DNA of 63,668 bases, taken from positions 46,634,688 through 46,698,355 of the forward strand of contig JARFYF010000002.1 in assembly GCA_030265395.1 (NCBI GenBank). Reading direction: 5' to 3'. Positions 13,151 through 26,770 of the stretch are shown here, in pieces. Both the position numbers and the translations under genes were made by a program. Numbering within the stretch: the first letter of the stretch is position 1; each line of letters begins with the position of its first letter. The notes under the pieces are model-generated. The model saw nothing but the letters and a program-made list of their open reading frames with translations. It did not search any database and was not told the DNA's origin. The stretch comes from Rhina ancylostomus (Eukaryota).

Positions 13151-13559
13151 GATCTATACTTGATCTGTGGAATCTTACCAACTAATGGAACTTGTTGAAT
13201 TTTGTAATCAGTAATGTGGCCAGTGCGCGCGCACACACACTGTATAGTCTCAAAATTTCAGAATTCTTCTCCAGTGTGCCAACCTGTTACATCTTGTTTT
13301 TATCAAAGAATAAAAGACTTGTACTTAGCTATTTCCTAAATTCAGCATGTCCAAAAATAAATGTGACATTATGGTAAATTCAAGGGCATCTGTACAATAG
13401 CAATCCAGTAAATGACAGTCAGAATGCATGTAGCAGAGAAGGTTGTCTGATGCTGCTGTGACTTTGAAGAAGGAACATCTCAAGTGGACTCTGGTAAGTT
13501 CTCTAATATGGTATATCTTGACTTCAGTAGATTCAAATGAACAATTAAATTCAGAGCTC

Positions 13560-13900
13560 TGGACTTTCAAGATAGCCCATAAGGATAAGAAACTGGTCAA
13601 AGGTTAGGAAACAAGGAGTACTTGTTCGAGGAGTTATGTTAGTGTGGGGGAGTGATGCCACTAAGTGGAGAGCCTCAGGGCTAAGCTCTGGGACCTCCTA
13701 CTGTTTTGAATTACAGAAATGGCTGTCAGCAGCCCATGGCTGTGTCAGAAATTATAATCAAAATGGTCAGATTTGTCGCTGATAAATTTAAAAAGACAGT
13801 GGAATGAAATAACCTTGTATTTCCTTGTATTTATAATATCCAGACATATGACAGAATTTCTGCGGGTAAATACAAGCTGAGGAATCAACAGAGGGGGCAT
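13560..13900 (+). mobile_element. Old CR1 RT remnant
   Basis: Degenerate SG.PQG..LGP motif (agtggagagcctcagggctaagctctgggacc). Confidence 0.5.
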
Positions 13901-16900
13901 CAATAACTATCTTGTAATAAGTCATCAATGCGAATGTAGGAGAAAATGCCTCGGGGTCCATTCTCTAACGATATTGAATAGCCAACCGCTTTTCCACAAG
14001 CCAAAGCCCTAAAATCCACAGGAAATCTATCACTGACTCCTCCCCCCTCCATATCTAACAGCAGCAGTTCAAACCAGGGCTGATTGCTTAGGGATCACAG
14101 TGCAGCTTAAAGACAGCAAGGAAGTAGGAGGAGTTATTTCACATTACAAAGAAATACACCATTCATACAAAATTGCCTCAAGTTCAAAATTGTGTTGTTG
14201 CCTCAGGTAGCATTTGGCAATGGGTTAATTCATTTCAGAGTGTGAAGTGTTATTAACGATTAGTTGTTTTTTTTTATTTTTCAAAGTTCCGTCACTTTTT
14301 GTTCTTGGGACTATAAAATAAAGAGCCATTTATAAACTATCTGCTTGAAGGAGAGCAGATGGAACATGGGCAGTTGACGGCTGCCAAGCTTGTTCTTCTA
14401 CACACTTGATTTTGTCTACCAGCACTTGTAATGCCAGGAACACTATATCTCAGGGAACTCAAAATAAACAGAACCCACCAAACAGGGTTTTGGTCCAAAA
14501 TTGACTACATCAGAAATGTGTTTTTACTATTCCATTGGAAGCTGGTATTTATTTTCATTATAGCATTGAAGGTTAACCAGAAATGTACTAGAGTTATTCA
14601 AAATTATGAGGAGTTTTGACAGAACAAATAATAAAAACATTTGTACAAAATTTTATTTTAATTGCCAGAAGAACCAGAGAGAAGATCAACAAAGAAAAAC
14701 GATATTGGAAGTTGTCATAACCAGGAACGCAACAGCTGAAAGGGTGGTGGAAAGAGATTCAATGGTGACTTTCAGAAGGGAATTGAAACAGAAATAATTG
14801 CAGGGCCTTAGTTTAAATAAAAATTGAGGCGTGGGACTAATTGAATAGCTTCTTGAAAGATCGGCCACAAATGTAAAGAGCTGACATTCCCTCTTCTAGA
14901 CATTGAGATGCCATGGTAAATATATGTTGAATCACCCTTTTTTGCTATTGATTTAGCTCCTTTGCACCCTAGGGTAAATATTCACCAAAACTTATTTAAC
15001 AAAATGCATAAACACTGAAAAATCACAGGGTTATGGTATCAACAGTTACATTGGCATTGTGCTTGCAAGAATTTGTTATGACTTTAAGTTTTAGCGTTGT
15101 GACCATCCACATCTTCAAAACCAGGGAACTTCAGAAAGTCAGTAATACTTCCAACAAAGTTATTCTGAAGATATATGTCTGTACACTATCGCCTCAGTTT
15201 TTGCAAGCTATTAATCTTGTTAGTTATTTAGAACATAGATTTCAGATCAGTGCTGATTGAGGTTGTGCCAGTTTTGACTTGATTTATCTTAATGTGCATG
15301 AGATCTGAGTGTACCCATGGCTGACTGGTGTTTCTTGACTGTCATCTTCCCCTTGTTGCTTGAAACTCACATACCGGGGACTCTCTTCCTTTAGGTTCTG
15401 TGCAGTTGTGTGTTCATTCCCCAAATCAGGATGATAGCACATCTTTTTATAAACTTAGTTCAATAAATTAATATTTTTCTACCACACATCTGACAAAGAA
15501 ATGTATTATGCAACTCAAGGGAAACCTTCTGCCAATATTTTCTGAATAGAAATGGGAGAATTTTAAATGGCTTCTGTCGTTCAGGAATGCGAATAAGATG
15601 CCTCTTGATCATGGATTTATATGCTTTCTTTGTTTCAGCATCAAAGGGAGAATTTTCTTACTCACTTTTAGATGTTTAAATATGCTTTTTTTCCAGTCCC
15701 CTGTTGGTTTTGCAATTTTTCATATTTTCTTATGATGTAAAAGGAGGCTAGTCAGCCCATAAAGTTTCTGTTGGTTCTTGGAGCAATCCAATCAGTCCCA
15801 TTCCCTCACCATTCTCTCTTGCATGCCTTTCAACTACCCACAATTGTTTTTTCATCCCCACACACTGACATTAAATAAAATGCTGGTGTATAATAGTACG
15901 TGAAAACTTAAAGAAAGCACACAGGGGTTGTATTATTTAATGTAACAGTTATTGCAGGATAGCTGGATGATAGTTCCTGAGGTATTTAATGATTTAAAAT
16001 TTAGAATGCTTTTGTTTGGCAGAAAGTCCACCTTATTCTTAGAACTATCACAAAGATAGAAAAAGACCACTATAGCTTAATTTTAATTTCTTTGAAAGTA
16101 TTCCAGTTGAAAGTTGTGGCACTGCTTTTTATGAGGACAAAGAACTTAATTTTGGCAGCTCCCGACTTGAAGAAATACAGATCTTGGTTCATTGAAGGGT
16201 GCTGGCTCTTCCTTACTGTTCCCTTACTCGTATGTTCAAGTCAATACTGGCAAATCTCAATCTGCACTGATGTGTAATTTATCTTCAAAGTAATTGATAA
16301 TGTTAACAGATTGTAAAAACATAGGTGACGGTGTACAGCCAAATTTCCTTAGCTGAACTTTGTTAAACATATTAATGATCTTCTGAGTTCCACAATATTG
16401 AATGGAATTGATCACCACAAATTTTAAAAAGTGAAAGTCAGCTGTGGCAAGGCAAGCTATTTAATGCCAATTATGGTACTTTAATAGCTGTAATAATTTA
16501 CTGTAGAAATGAACTGTGAAAAATCAAGATTTGGGAAATAGAGAAGTTCAGCATCAGAACGAATCGTGATTGCTAACTAGCCACTTGTACTTTGTCAGGT
16601 TTTGGGTTTATAGGGTAGTGTTTTTGCCCACCTAAGTCAAAGCCATTTGATGGAAGGCTAGGATCAGAGAATGAGTACCCGGATCGCTGGTCCTTAAGGG
16701 TAGTGCCAAGGGTCTACAGAGACCCAGCTGATAATCAGTAGAAGTGGGGCCCACCTGGTTGACATGGGAGCATAAGCCACAATCTCAAGAGGAAAGTACT
16801 GTTATAAAGCAGGAAGTCTGCTTTGAGACTGCATGGTTTAGGAGATGCAGTTAAGCCCTTTTATGGACTGACTCTGGCTACATTATGCAGCCTCATAAAT

Positions 16901-17629
16901 GTACATATAATGTGGGGCTCCCTACATCTGGTGTTAACTGTTGAAACTTTAGTAGGGCTTGTAAGAATCTAGTGTAGGCACATCATGACACGGATAACTT
17001 TGGTTCATGGGGCAATTATGTGGTGATTTATCTAAATAAATGTTTTGTGGATCTTATTGGATTTATTCACTGTAGTTCAGAAGTTTTTGGGTACATTGGG
17101 GAAAATAATAATATGAAAAGCAATATAAAACAGGCTTTACTGACAGCATTGAACTGATGGATGTTGTACTAACTCAGCTTTGGACTGACAGATTATTTCA
17201 CTGACATGATACTTGGAAAAGTGAAAGAGAGAATCAATTCAGTGTCCTCTATCAGAATTATATTAAAGATATCCCAAAATATATTGCTGTTGGAAACAAT
17301 GTTTCCACAAAAGTCTATTTCTTTGTAACATGATACAGTGCAGAAGAATGCACTGTTGTTCCATTACATTGCACAGCGCAGATCCCTGACAGAACTACGT
17401 TATTCAATCTCATTCAATTATAAAATTTGAGGGGAATGATTTATAAAACCCAACTGCTTCAAGCAGATGCAATCCAGTTTGCATTGACTCTGCTTCATTG
17501 TCTGTAGATTCGATGGGAGCAGACTTATCCGTCCTTTATGTCTTGAGAAAGCATCTTGTATTTTAGTAATACTGTTTATTAATTCAGGATGATCCACAGT
17601 ACTTTATAGCCAATAAAAGACCATTTAAA

Positions 17630-17880
17630 GTTTAACTACTGTTGTGTGAAAATGTGGTATCCAATTTGTTCAAAACAAACCCTCACAAATAGCAATTCTA
17701 TAATAACCAGGGCATCTGGTTTTTGGTGCTATTGGTGGAGAGTAAATGTTGATTGGAGTGGCTACTCTGTTTTACTTTGAGATGGTACCAAGAGATATTT
17801 TGTTTACCTGATAGAGCAGCTGGGCCTTTTGATTCAGTGGCTCTGCACAGGCCAATGGCTGCAGAAAAACAGAACTATCC
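17630..17880 (-). mobile_element. Deu-domain SINE (SacSINE/AmnSINE-like)
   Basis: The reverse complement resembles the Deu core (tggtaccatctcaaag..aacatttactc..ctggttatt..ttgctatttgtgagg). Confidence 0.6.
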
Positions 17881-17893
17881 TCTTGACCTGGGC

Positions 17894-17968
17894 TGTCATG
17901 GTTCTGAGTTCTGGTCCTCAATTTGGCTCCATTAATGCCTTGTTGTCCAGCACATGGATTCCATGCTG
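17894..17968. mobile_element. LTR terminus (TGTCA...) truncated by an assembly gap
   Basis: 50 bp match with one mismatch to the reverse complement of 35653-35702. Confidence 0.7.
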
Positions 17969-18369
17969 NNNNNNNNNNNNNNNNNNNNNNNNNNNNNNNN
18001 NNNNNNNNNNNNNNNNNNNNNNNNNNNNNNNNNNNNNNNNNNNNNNNNNNNNNNNNNNNNNNNNNNNNACTTATTAGAATTAAATGTGTCTCACTTAAAA
18101 TAAACTGTGTTTAAAACTGCTTTGTTAGATGGAAGTATCTTCTCCTTGGTTGGGAGGAGGAACCCATTGCTTGAAGTATTAATTATTAATGGCTAGACCT
18201 TTCTGTAGACTAAAGTAGTGAAGTAAACTAGTCCTTGAAGTGTGGGTTGATACAGTATAATCTCCCTATAGTGAGGGCCAGACAGAACTTAAAGTCTTGA
18301 CTTAAGTTCCGAGCTCTCGGATGGTACTCTCAATATCAGCACACAGCAAGCTAAGTATTCGGGCATGGT

Positions 18370-18670
18370 TGGGGAGAAAGAGGGTGAGTGGGGATATGCT
18401 GAGGATCAGAGTCTGGGATTAGATTGATGAAAAAGGTATAGATCAAGGGAAGGTGGGGGGGGGTTGTGGTGGTGGTGGATCTTATAAATTGGGATTGGAA
18501 AGTGGCCAGTATTAGGTAAGCAGTTGAGGATTGGGATGTTGAGAACGTCTGAGGTTCAGGGTGTCTGGAAGGTTGGTGGGTGGGAGGTGGGGTAGGGTTC
18601 AGTTGATTGGGAGTGAGAATGTGGATGGCAGTGTAGGGATGGATGCTGTGTGAAGTTTGGGGGGTGGGAC
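18370..18670. repeat. G-rich low-complexity tract
   Basis: Dense GGGTGG/GGGATG words; produces a spurious P/H/T-rich minus ORF. Confidence 0.7.
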
Positions 18671-20689
18671 TGTCCAACTCTGTCAATCCTGGTAAAACAC
18701 AGTTTAACTTGCTCTGCTGCCTTCCAAAAGGAGGCAGCATGTGTACTAGGAAATCATCTTGGGATGTGTTTGGCTGAATTTCCCGAATGGTGTGAAGCAA
18801 CTCAGAAATGGTCAATGTTATGTTTCACTCCAGAAAAGTCAATGCTTAATCACTAATACGAAAATAAACGGGGTTTCAAGACCACTGTCTGCAGCAAGAG
18901 TTAATGGGAAGTTCACCACTAAAGCCCACCTTGTGCTGGTACCTCTGGAGGTGATGGTAAATCATTTATCTTCCTTAAAACAAATATGAATCATGACAAC
19001 ATGATTTTTCTAAATAACCAGAACCTAAAATGATATTTTTGTTCTCTGTATACTTTCTTAGTCTACTGAAAATGAACTTTCCTTAATTAAGAGATGAACA
19101 ATTTGTCTTAGTACAGTGGACATTTGGTACAGTATTTAACTGAAAAAGCAGCAATAGTTAAACTACACTCTTCCTGGAAGATAAATGTTGTCCAATTTCA
19201 TATCAATGTTACAGAAGAGAATCAGTGGCAAATCTGTGTAAGTGCATGTTAATGCCATTAGGCCACTGATCATCCATCATCTTTAAGGTAGCAGATCAGG
19301 GATCCCTCATGAAAATTCAATATGCTGGTTCATTTAAACAGTCTCCAGTAATTTTCACATAGTCTTTAAATGGTGTTGCAGGTAACAAGTTAGCACTAAA
19401 TACATTAAGCTTACATTCTGTTAAGGGTTGTTTTAATGCAAATGTCAGACTTTTATTAAACAGGTGAGGCATTAGGTAACTTGAGAATTGTTATATGTTT
19501 TTGATGGTGCAAATGTTACGAGAATTAATACAAGACGGCAGCTGAAAGGAAGGTGGGAGTGGCAGTTGTGAAGATTTCAGTATCCCGCATCCCCAGGGAA
19601 TGGTTGGAAGCCATTAAATCCAGGATGACATTGACACCAAGTTCTTCTCATACAGAATAGGCCATTCACAACTTCTCCCATCACTCAGTAATGCCCTGAC
19701 AAGGGTAAAGATAAAAAGTCACAACATTTCAGACAGTCTGGCACGGACATTCTCACAGGATGGAGCAAGTCAGCACTGGAAGAGAGGTTAGGCACATATC
19801 ATTTCTCTAGCACGTGTGCTACAGATTATGTTCAAAGCTGAGAAAAATGAATTCTAATACTGCTTTCTTAGCACTGATGATGGAAATTTTCTGCCATGTT
19901 TAAAGTCAGGAAAACTTAGCCTATCATATTTCTCATAAATTGGAATCTGACTACATCACATTTCTAGTTGGGGAAATTTTATTGTTTGTGATATTTAGCA
20001 CATCTGCCAGTTTTTTGTTAGTTGCATTTTGTTCCTGAATGGGTTCTTTCAATTTCCCATCTTTAATATGGAACAGGATCAGTGGCAACTCTGTCAAAAT
20101 TCACCCATCATATACATCACAGATCAGGAGACTCTCATGAAAATTCTATCTAGTGATTCATTTATACAGCTTCAAATAAATACCATATTGTCTGTAAACG
20201 CTTTTGCTGGTATGAGAAAATAAATGGTAAATGCATTAAAACTGTCGTTCTTCTACGTGCTCTTTCAGTGTAGTAGTTACATTGATCAAACGGATTAATA
20301 TGTCTGCTGAAATAGCAGACAAGGTCTGTCATATGAATGCAGTACATATTCATCCATTAGCATCAGCAGCAATAATTTCCAGGTTTATAGCCTGTAACTC
20401 CCAGTGACTGAATATCCAAAGAATTCTATATATTTCTATTTAAATCATTGAATCATATTTCTTGCCAGCATCAATTGGTGTCACTACACCCTAAAAGCCT
20501 CTGTTGCAGACTTAAAATTCCAGGATGTGGAAATCCTGGGCAGACTCCCCTTAGGCTGTAGTTCCACAATGGCTCAGAATTTTCTTGGAACTGCTGTCAC
20601 TCCGCTGCCATAACCTTGTCAGAAGTATGACAGAATTCTCGTTTACCCACCATTTGGGTTTATGTTCTCGCCAGCCAATTATCTAATAT

Positions 20690-21070
20690 CCAAAAACAAA
20701 AGAAAATCTAGTCCGTGATGCTCAATCTGGAGGTAAGCTTTTAGATTGTGTTGATTTGGAAAGTGCCTGACAGGGTAAATGCAGTCGGGGGAGCATGTTT
20801 CCCCTGCTGGAAGAGTCTGGAACCAAGTCAGCCTCAGGACAATGATGCAGAGGAATTTCCTCTCTTAGAGAGTTGTGAGTCTTTAGAATTCTCTGCTCCA
20901 GAGAGTGATCAATAGTTACATTCAAGTCTGAGATAGATTGTTAGGCTCAAGAAAATCAAGGGCTATGGGGGATCAGGCAGGAACATGGCATTACAGCCAA
21001 AGATCAACTGTGACCTGATCTGTGGTGGAGCAGGTCTGAGGGCCTACCACCTGCTCCTTTCTTTTATGTT
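20690..21070 (+). mobile_element. CR1 3' end
   Basis: gtttcccctgctggaagagtctggaacc..aggaatttcctctcttagagagttgtg..ggtggagcaggtctgagggcc..ctgctcc motifs. Confidence 0.75.
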
Positions 21071-24059
21071 AGTAATTTACAGTTTATGTTGTGTTCTGTA
21101 TTTTACAGTTTGTTTTCTGTAGTTTAGGATAACATATTCATGTGGCAAAATGACAAAATGCCATAAATAAATATTGTTTAATCTGAGCACCTTGTTTACC
21201 TGTTCTAATGAAAGGTCATTGGTCTGGAACATTAACTTTGTTTCTTGGTCCTCATTGCTTAACTGATATTGAATAATTCCAGCATTTTGTGTTTTTTTCA
21301 AATTTCCAACATTTGCGGCATTTTGCTTTTATTCTTGTTTAAGTATCTTGTTTTCAGTCTTCTGATCAGTCTCTGTTTCTCCCTTTGCCCTCATTTGAAC
21401 TCTCATATGTTTGTAATTATTCTGATCTAGGTGGTACACGATCTTTGGAGATGATGGTTACAAGTGTTACCTCAATGCTTGGCTGAGCAGGTGGCATCCT
21501 TGTGAATCGGGATTAAAGGGAAACCATTGTTTACAGTTGGTATGATTTGAGACTTGCTGTGAGTTTTAATGACAGACTGTCGATGCATGAATGATGCATT
21601 GTCATTCTAGTATTGCAAGATATCAAGGAGGAAGAAGCTCATTTTAAGTTGTGATATTGGAGTGGTTGCCATTGGTATACTGAAGGGGGATTGCTCTCAA
21701 AAGAAAGACTAATAAATATGATTCCGAGTTGAGATGGATGATAACATTATCTTGGATTAAAACTGGCTGTTGGGAAGAAAGTAATGGGAACAAGAAAAAG
21801 GACATCTCTATTTTTGTAAATGGAACAAAATCCAGATTCAGCTAATGTGTACTTCAAATTGCAAACTGTTGTGGTGTCATAGGATCAAAACTGATTTGTG
21901 CAGCTTTGAGGAATCATGGTTTGTGGGCAAAAAAACTCAACCTGAAATTAAGAAAGGAAAGGAAGGAAATTTGGAATTTTTGTTGAAGTGCACTGATTAA
22001 AAAATAACATACAAAAAATGTGGGCTTTATAAATGGATTACAAAGGGGAGGAGTTATGGGAAACAGATATAAATCAGTGCTTAGATCTCAGCTGAAGCAT
22101 TGTGTCAACTCAGGCCAACAAATTTTACATAGGATGTCAAGGTTTTGGAAAAAGGTGACAGGGTTATGTGACTTCTGATGAGTTGAGACAAGATAATGTT
22201 CCATTCTTCTCCTTAAAGCAGTTAAGTTCAAGGAAACCCACACTTCTCTCATTTATTAACCTGTGCAATCATGTAAGCTCCTGGACCTGATAAGTAGCAA
22301 TTTTGACAGCTGAAAGTTTCACATGGCATCTATTTTAATATTGAGTTGGTGTTTGAGGAGGGGAGTTAAGGCCCTACCCCTTAAATCAAGACAGGCAACC
22401 TAGCAGTGCTGTTTAACTTCTTTCAATCATTTCAGATCTAAGAAAGCAGACTGACAGCTTCCAGTGAGCAAGGCAAAACATCACTATATCTTCCATCTCT
22501 CTGACCAAAGTCTGCAAGTGCCAACTCAGCTAGGGTCATTCCGACAGTTTAAGCTTGCTTCTAGAATGAGGTGAAAATCAGGTGTGATAAAATGCAGAAT
22601 TGAGGAAAGGTAAGTGTCTGTGGCATAGGAGGAAGACTGGGCTGTGGATTTTGGCTCTTTGAACATAACCTTGCATTCAGCTACTCCAAGGATGACTGCC
22701 CAGAGTCGCACAAAGGCCTACAGTCTTATTTTCTCACCCTTTCTTGAAGTGGGCACCTGACCCTGGGGCGGTCTTCTTTTGTCAGTGTGCACCAGTTGGG
22801 TAGTACAGAATGTGCCTTGACTGCAGTTGTAAATAGAAATGGTTGACCATCCACTAATTACTAAATCTGAATGAAAAATTCAGTGAAAGCTTAAAAGATC
22901 AGTGGCAAGATAGCAGGAAGCAATTATTTAGAATTTTTATGTTTACTGATCTCTTTNNNNNNNNNNNNNNNNNNNNNNNNNNNNNNNNNNGCCGACATGC
23001 ATATTGCCATTTATCTGCCAATTACAACCAGCAATGTGTGGGTAATTTACACTGATTGAACAAACTGTCCTTGGAGTCTAGAGGGTATGTTATATTGCCA
23101 AAGACCAAAGGAAAATGTTCTTTTATATACTTTGCCCAGTATAATCCCAATGGTGGTTTTATACTGCCAATATAAACTGGAAGTGTGAGGGTTTTGTGAG
23201 TTGAGAAAGCTTTGGTTAAACAAGTGTAGCTAATGACAAGTCTATGGTCCTTCCTCTGTTGGCTATCTACCATGATATAAACAATATTTGTTCCTTTCTC
23301 ATGGAAATATTGTGGATCCATGAAAATGTGGAATGACTGTTCTCCTGACGGGATTGAAATGCAAGGGGGGCAGGGTTAGGTTTCAATGTGAAGGCCGACA
23401 AAAGAGAGAGGAGTGGATTCTGAAAGCAGCCTCAGTTTATCATTGAGTGAGCTTTGGCCAAGAGAGAACAAAGAAGGAAAAAGAGGAGGCAATAGAAATA
23501 ATCCTGAGATCATTCCAACTGCAGATACTGACCTACTTGTGCTTCCAACGTTGGCAAAATTTGCTTTGTATTCTTTTCACACCTATTAAAACACTCATCC
23601 AATCCTTGCTGTTTTCACTAAGATAACTTGGTTCGTTCAGAGGGAGAAATCCCTTTATGAACATGAAAGGAATTTCACTACAAAGAAAAAGACAAATTGA
23701 GAGGGGGAAGAATAGTGAAGAGCAGAGCATCATTTGGGGCTGGCACCTCTCCACCATGCTCAATCTGCATGAATATGATGCTGCTAGAACAATTAAGGGA
23801 GAAGACTTCATGTCAGCCCGCTCTGCAAATTTGTATTATGATCTGAGACAACTTACTATTTTTGGACTGATAAATAACCAAGGTACATTAATCTTTATTA
23901 TTATTTCAGAACAGTTAACACTATTAGTTTTACTTGCAAGGCTGTTCCAAGTGCAGTGTTTATTTCATGCAATACTTTTTTGAAACACTGTGATGACCTA
24001 CTCTCCAATAGATCTTGTAATGAGATGAAAATGGATTTCAGTTCATATTCAGAGTTAGT

Positions 24060-24540
24060 TTATAAATAAGAAAGTAGCAAATAGAAGCTGAAGTAGACAA
24101 TATGGCCCTTTGAGCTTACTTTGTTTTTCAATAAGATTATGGTTGATCCTTGTATGTTGTTCACTTTGCTGCCTGATGCCCATACTCCCTGATTCCTTTC
24201 ATGTCTCAAGATCTATCAGTCTCAGTCTTCAATCAACTACAGAGCATTTTCTGCCCTTCGGATGGGGAATTTCAAAGATCTACAACCCTTTAACTAAAGA
24301 AATTTTCCCTCATTTCAGTCATAGGTGGCCATCTCTAAGTCTATGGCACCCAATTCTAAATTCTCCAGCATGAGGAACCAGGTGCTCAGCAGCCAGCCCA
24401 TCAATTACTTGCAGAACTTTGTGTGTTTTAGTGATCACTTCACATTCGTTCAAATTTCACTGAATATGCCAGTCTCAGAAGACATCTTCTTGTCCCAGGA
24501 AACAATCCAATCTGATGATAGCACTGCCTCCAAGGCAGGA
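24060..24540 (-). mobile_element. CR1 3' end
   Basis: Reverse-complement CR1 3' motifs (ggggaatttcaaagatctacaaccct..aattttccctcattt). Confidence 0.7.
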
Positions 24541-24599
24541 AAACTCATTATGGATTGAACATTACACTAAAAGTGTAAATGATTTATTTGATGGACAGT

Positions 24600-25080
24600 T
24601 TTCCAGAAGAGGGATGGTGTTAATGGCTGTTTAATTTGGACTAACGATGGAGGCTTCAGACTTCCAATATTTAGTTGAAAGATGTTTCTGCTCATCTGCT
24701 CCTGTATCTCAGCAAGACAGTCTGAATTTAGAGATAGTAGAGGGATTAAGGGAGTGGTGAGAAGGTAGAACTCAAGCGTTATCAGCATGCATGTAGACAC
24801 ATGCTGTATTTATTAGGATGATATTGCTATGTAGATAGAGAGGAGGGAGCCAAGGACAGATCTTCAGGGGACTCGCTGAATTAACAATGGGGTAGAGGAA
24901 TACCCTTCTGTGATATTTTCTGGATAGCTAAATTCCATCCAGCTGGATGACAAAGGAAAGTTGTTGGAACAGGAAAGTGTGGTCAGCTATAGGTCAAAGT
25001 CAGCAGTCAGGTTATGAGACTGAAGAGGGATCTATTGTCTTCATTGCTGTTGTATAGAATATCATTAATGACTCTGAAAT
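24600..25080 (-). mobile_element. Old L2-like LINE RT remnant
   Basis: ggagccaaggacagatcttcaggggactc encodes a degenerate GVPQGSVLGP motif on the minus strand. Confidence 0.55.
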
Positions 25081-25889
25081 CTTGCAGATAATAAAATTCA
25101 ATTGGAGAGATACCTGTGTATAGTTGGAGCCTAACCAACTTAATTTGATATTCATGCACTGAGTCATTGTCAATTCTTAGACAACTGTTTAGAAGGAACA
25201 GTTGTCTGTTTCAAAGTGTTACCCTTTCCAGAGTAGACACCTAATCGATTTATAATTAAAGGTCACACACAGTTTTGGCATGTTTGCCTCAATTTCACAT
25301 GGTAAAAGGATATTGTTTTCCACCAAAGTTTCCTGTACCTGCAGCCAAAGTCAGCAGTTTTCCTTTGGCGTTGTCTGGTATTTAAACAACTGTTGTTATA
25401 ATATAAATATCAGGATGGAAAGACAACAGTGCATTGAGGATAAAACTGCAGTGGTATATTTGTTGTGGTTTGAATGTTAAATTAGCACAGTTTGTAAATA
25501 GAGCATTCTCATTTTTGACTACAGCATCTGGGCTTAGGCAACTATCTACATGAAATAGATTTGCTCATTATGAGTTGCTTTATACTTGGTCAATAGTATA
25601 TTGCTAACTGGTTCCCTGCTGAATAAAACAATATGGATAGCTTTTGGCAGATGGGCAGGCTTATGTATTCATCCATACCTTCCTCAGGACTGATTACAGA
25701 TTTACACAATAGATGTCATGCATTACCAAACAGAGGCCCAGATGTGTGTTCAGAAGATAGAGGCATGAGAAAACAAGAGATGCCAAGGGCCTAGATGCAG
25801 CCCAGGACATGTTTAATGCCTACGCATGATTTGTGAAGATTTGGAGTGCATCTACAAATGCTGTAAACCACAATACATCTACCTTACAT

Positions 25890-26770
25890 TTTGTTTCCTC
25901 CCCAAGGTCATTAATGTATATAGTGATCAACTAAGGGCCAAGCAGCGATCCCTGGCTGTATCCCTCCAGCCTTAAAAGGACCCATTTATTCCAACTCTTT
26001 GTTTTCTACATAACAGCTGGTTTTCAAACTATAATAATGCACTTCCTCCAACATCTTGGGCTCTGACTTTATGCACCAGGCTCCCCTTGTAAAATGCCTT
26101 TTGGAAATCTAAATATACTACATCTACGGGCAAATTCATTGAAAGGTAAATAGGTTTGTCTTAGTTTTATTAATTTCAGCTTTCCTAAATGACTAGTTAT
26201 TTCCTCTTTCACTATTGTCTCTTGCATCTTGCCAACAATAGGTGCTAAACTAACTGGCCTGTAGGTTTCTGCCTTCTGCCTTTTTGAACAAGGAAGTCAC
26301 GTTGGCTGTTTCCAATCTTCTGGTACCCTTCCAGAATTTCGCAGAATTTTGAAATAGTTTCAAATTGAAATATTTTTGAAATATTTTCACATGAATGATA
26401 GAGAATTGGAGGGCTGTGTGGGAGGGAAAGGTTAGATGGATCTTAGAGCATGATAAAATGTCGGCACAACGCTGTGGGCCAAAGGGCCTGTACTATGCTG
26501 TAATGTTCTATTTAAACCAATGAGTCCACTATTGCTGCAGCCACTTCCTTTAAAACCCTCAGGTACAGGCCATCGAGTCCCACAAATTTGTCTGCCTTTT
26601 TAGCCCTTTGAATTATTCAAATACTTTATCCCGTTTGATTAGAACTTGTACAAACTTCTCCCCGCTATTTGAAATTAACCCATTTGTTATCCTCGGGGAT
26701 GTTTGCAGTGTCCTCAACGGTGAAGCCTGATGGAAAATATTGATTTAACATACAGTATCTGCCATTTGTT
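25890..26770 (-). mobile_element. CR1 RT remnant with an oppositely oriented CR1 3' tail inserted (~26390-26510)
   Basis: Minus-strand DVVYLDFQKAF, YRPVSLAP and GLDGL. The plus-strand tail reads gtcggcacaacgctgtgggccaaagggcctgtactatgctg. Confidence 0.75.

Larger units (their letters stand above)
12250..17630 (+). pseudogene. Decayed cadherin repeats, segment 4 (several TE interruptions)
   Basis: ORF 12352 YIATASMNN..QDKDRYAHLNDAKY...NSF...SGVM. ORF 15033 ..VSNTSNKVILKIYVCTLSPQFLQ. 16231-16380 YVQVNTGK...IMLTDCKNIGDGVQPNFLS*TLLNI. 17389-17409 TELRYSI. 17430-17492 RGMIYKTQLLQADAIQFALTL. Confidence 0.8.
18800..25900 (+). pseudogene. Decayed cadherin repeats, segment 5 (several TE interruptions)
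   Basis: 19621-19761 ...LLPSLSNALTRVKIKSHNISDSLARTFSQD. ORF 20029 FPIFNMEQDQWQLCQNSP. 21481-21660 G*AGGILVNRD*RETIVYSWYDLRLAVSFNDRLSMHE*CIVILVLQDIKEEEAHFKL*YW, a single-frame match to the second half of an EC repeat. ORF 23657 ERGKNSEEQSIIWG. Confidence 0.8.

Noticed and set aside
18351-18815. 154-aa minus ORF
   Set aside because: By-product of the G-rich low-complexity tract.
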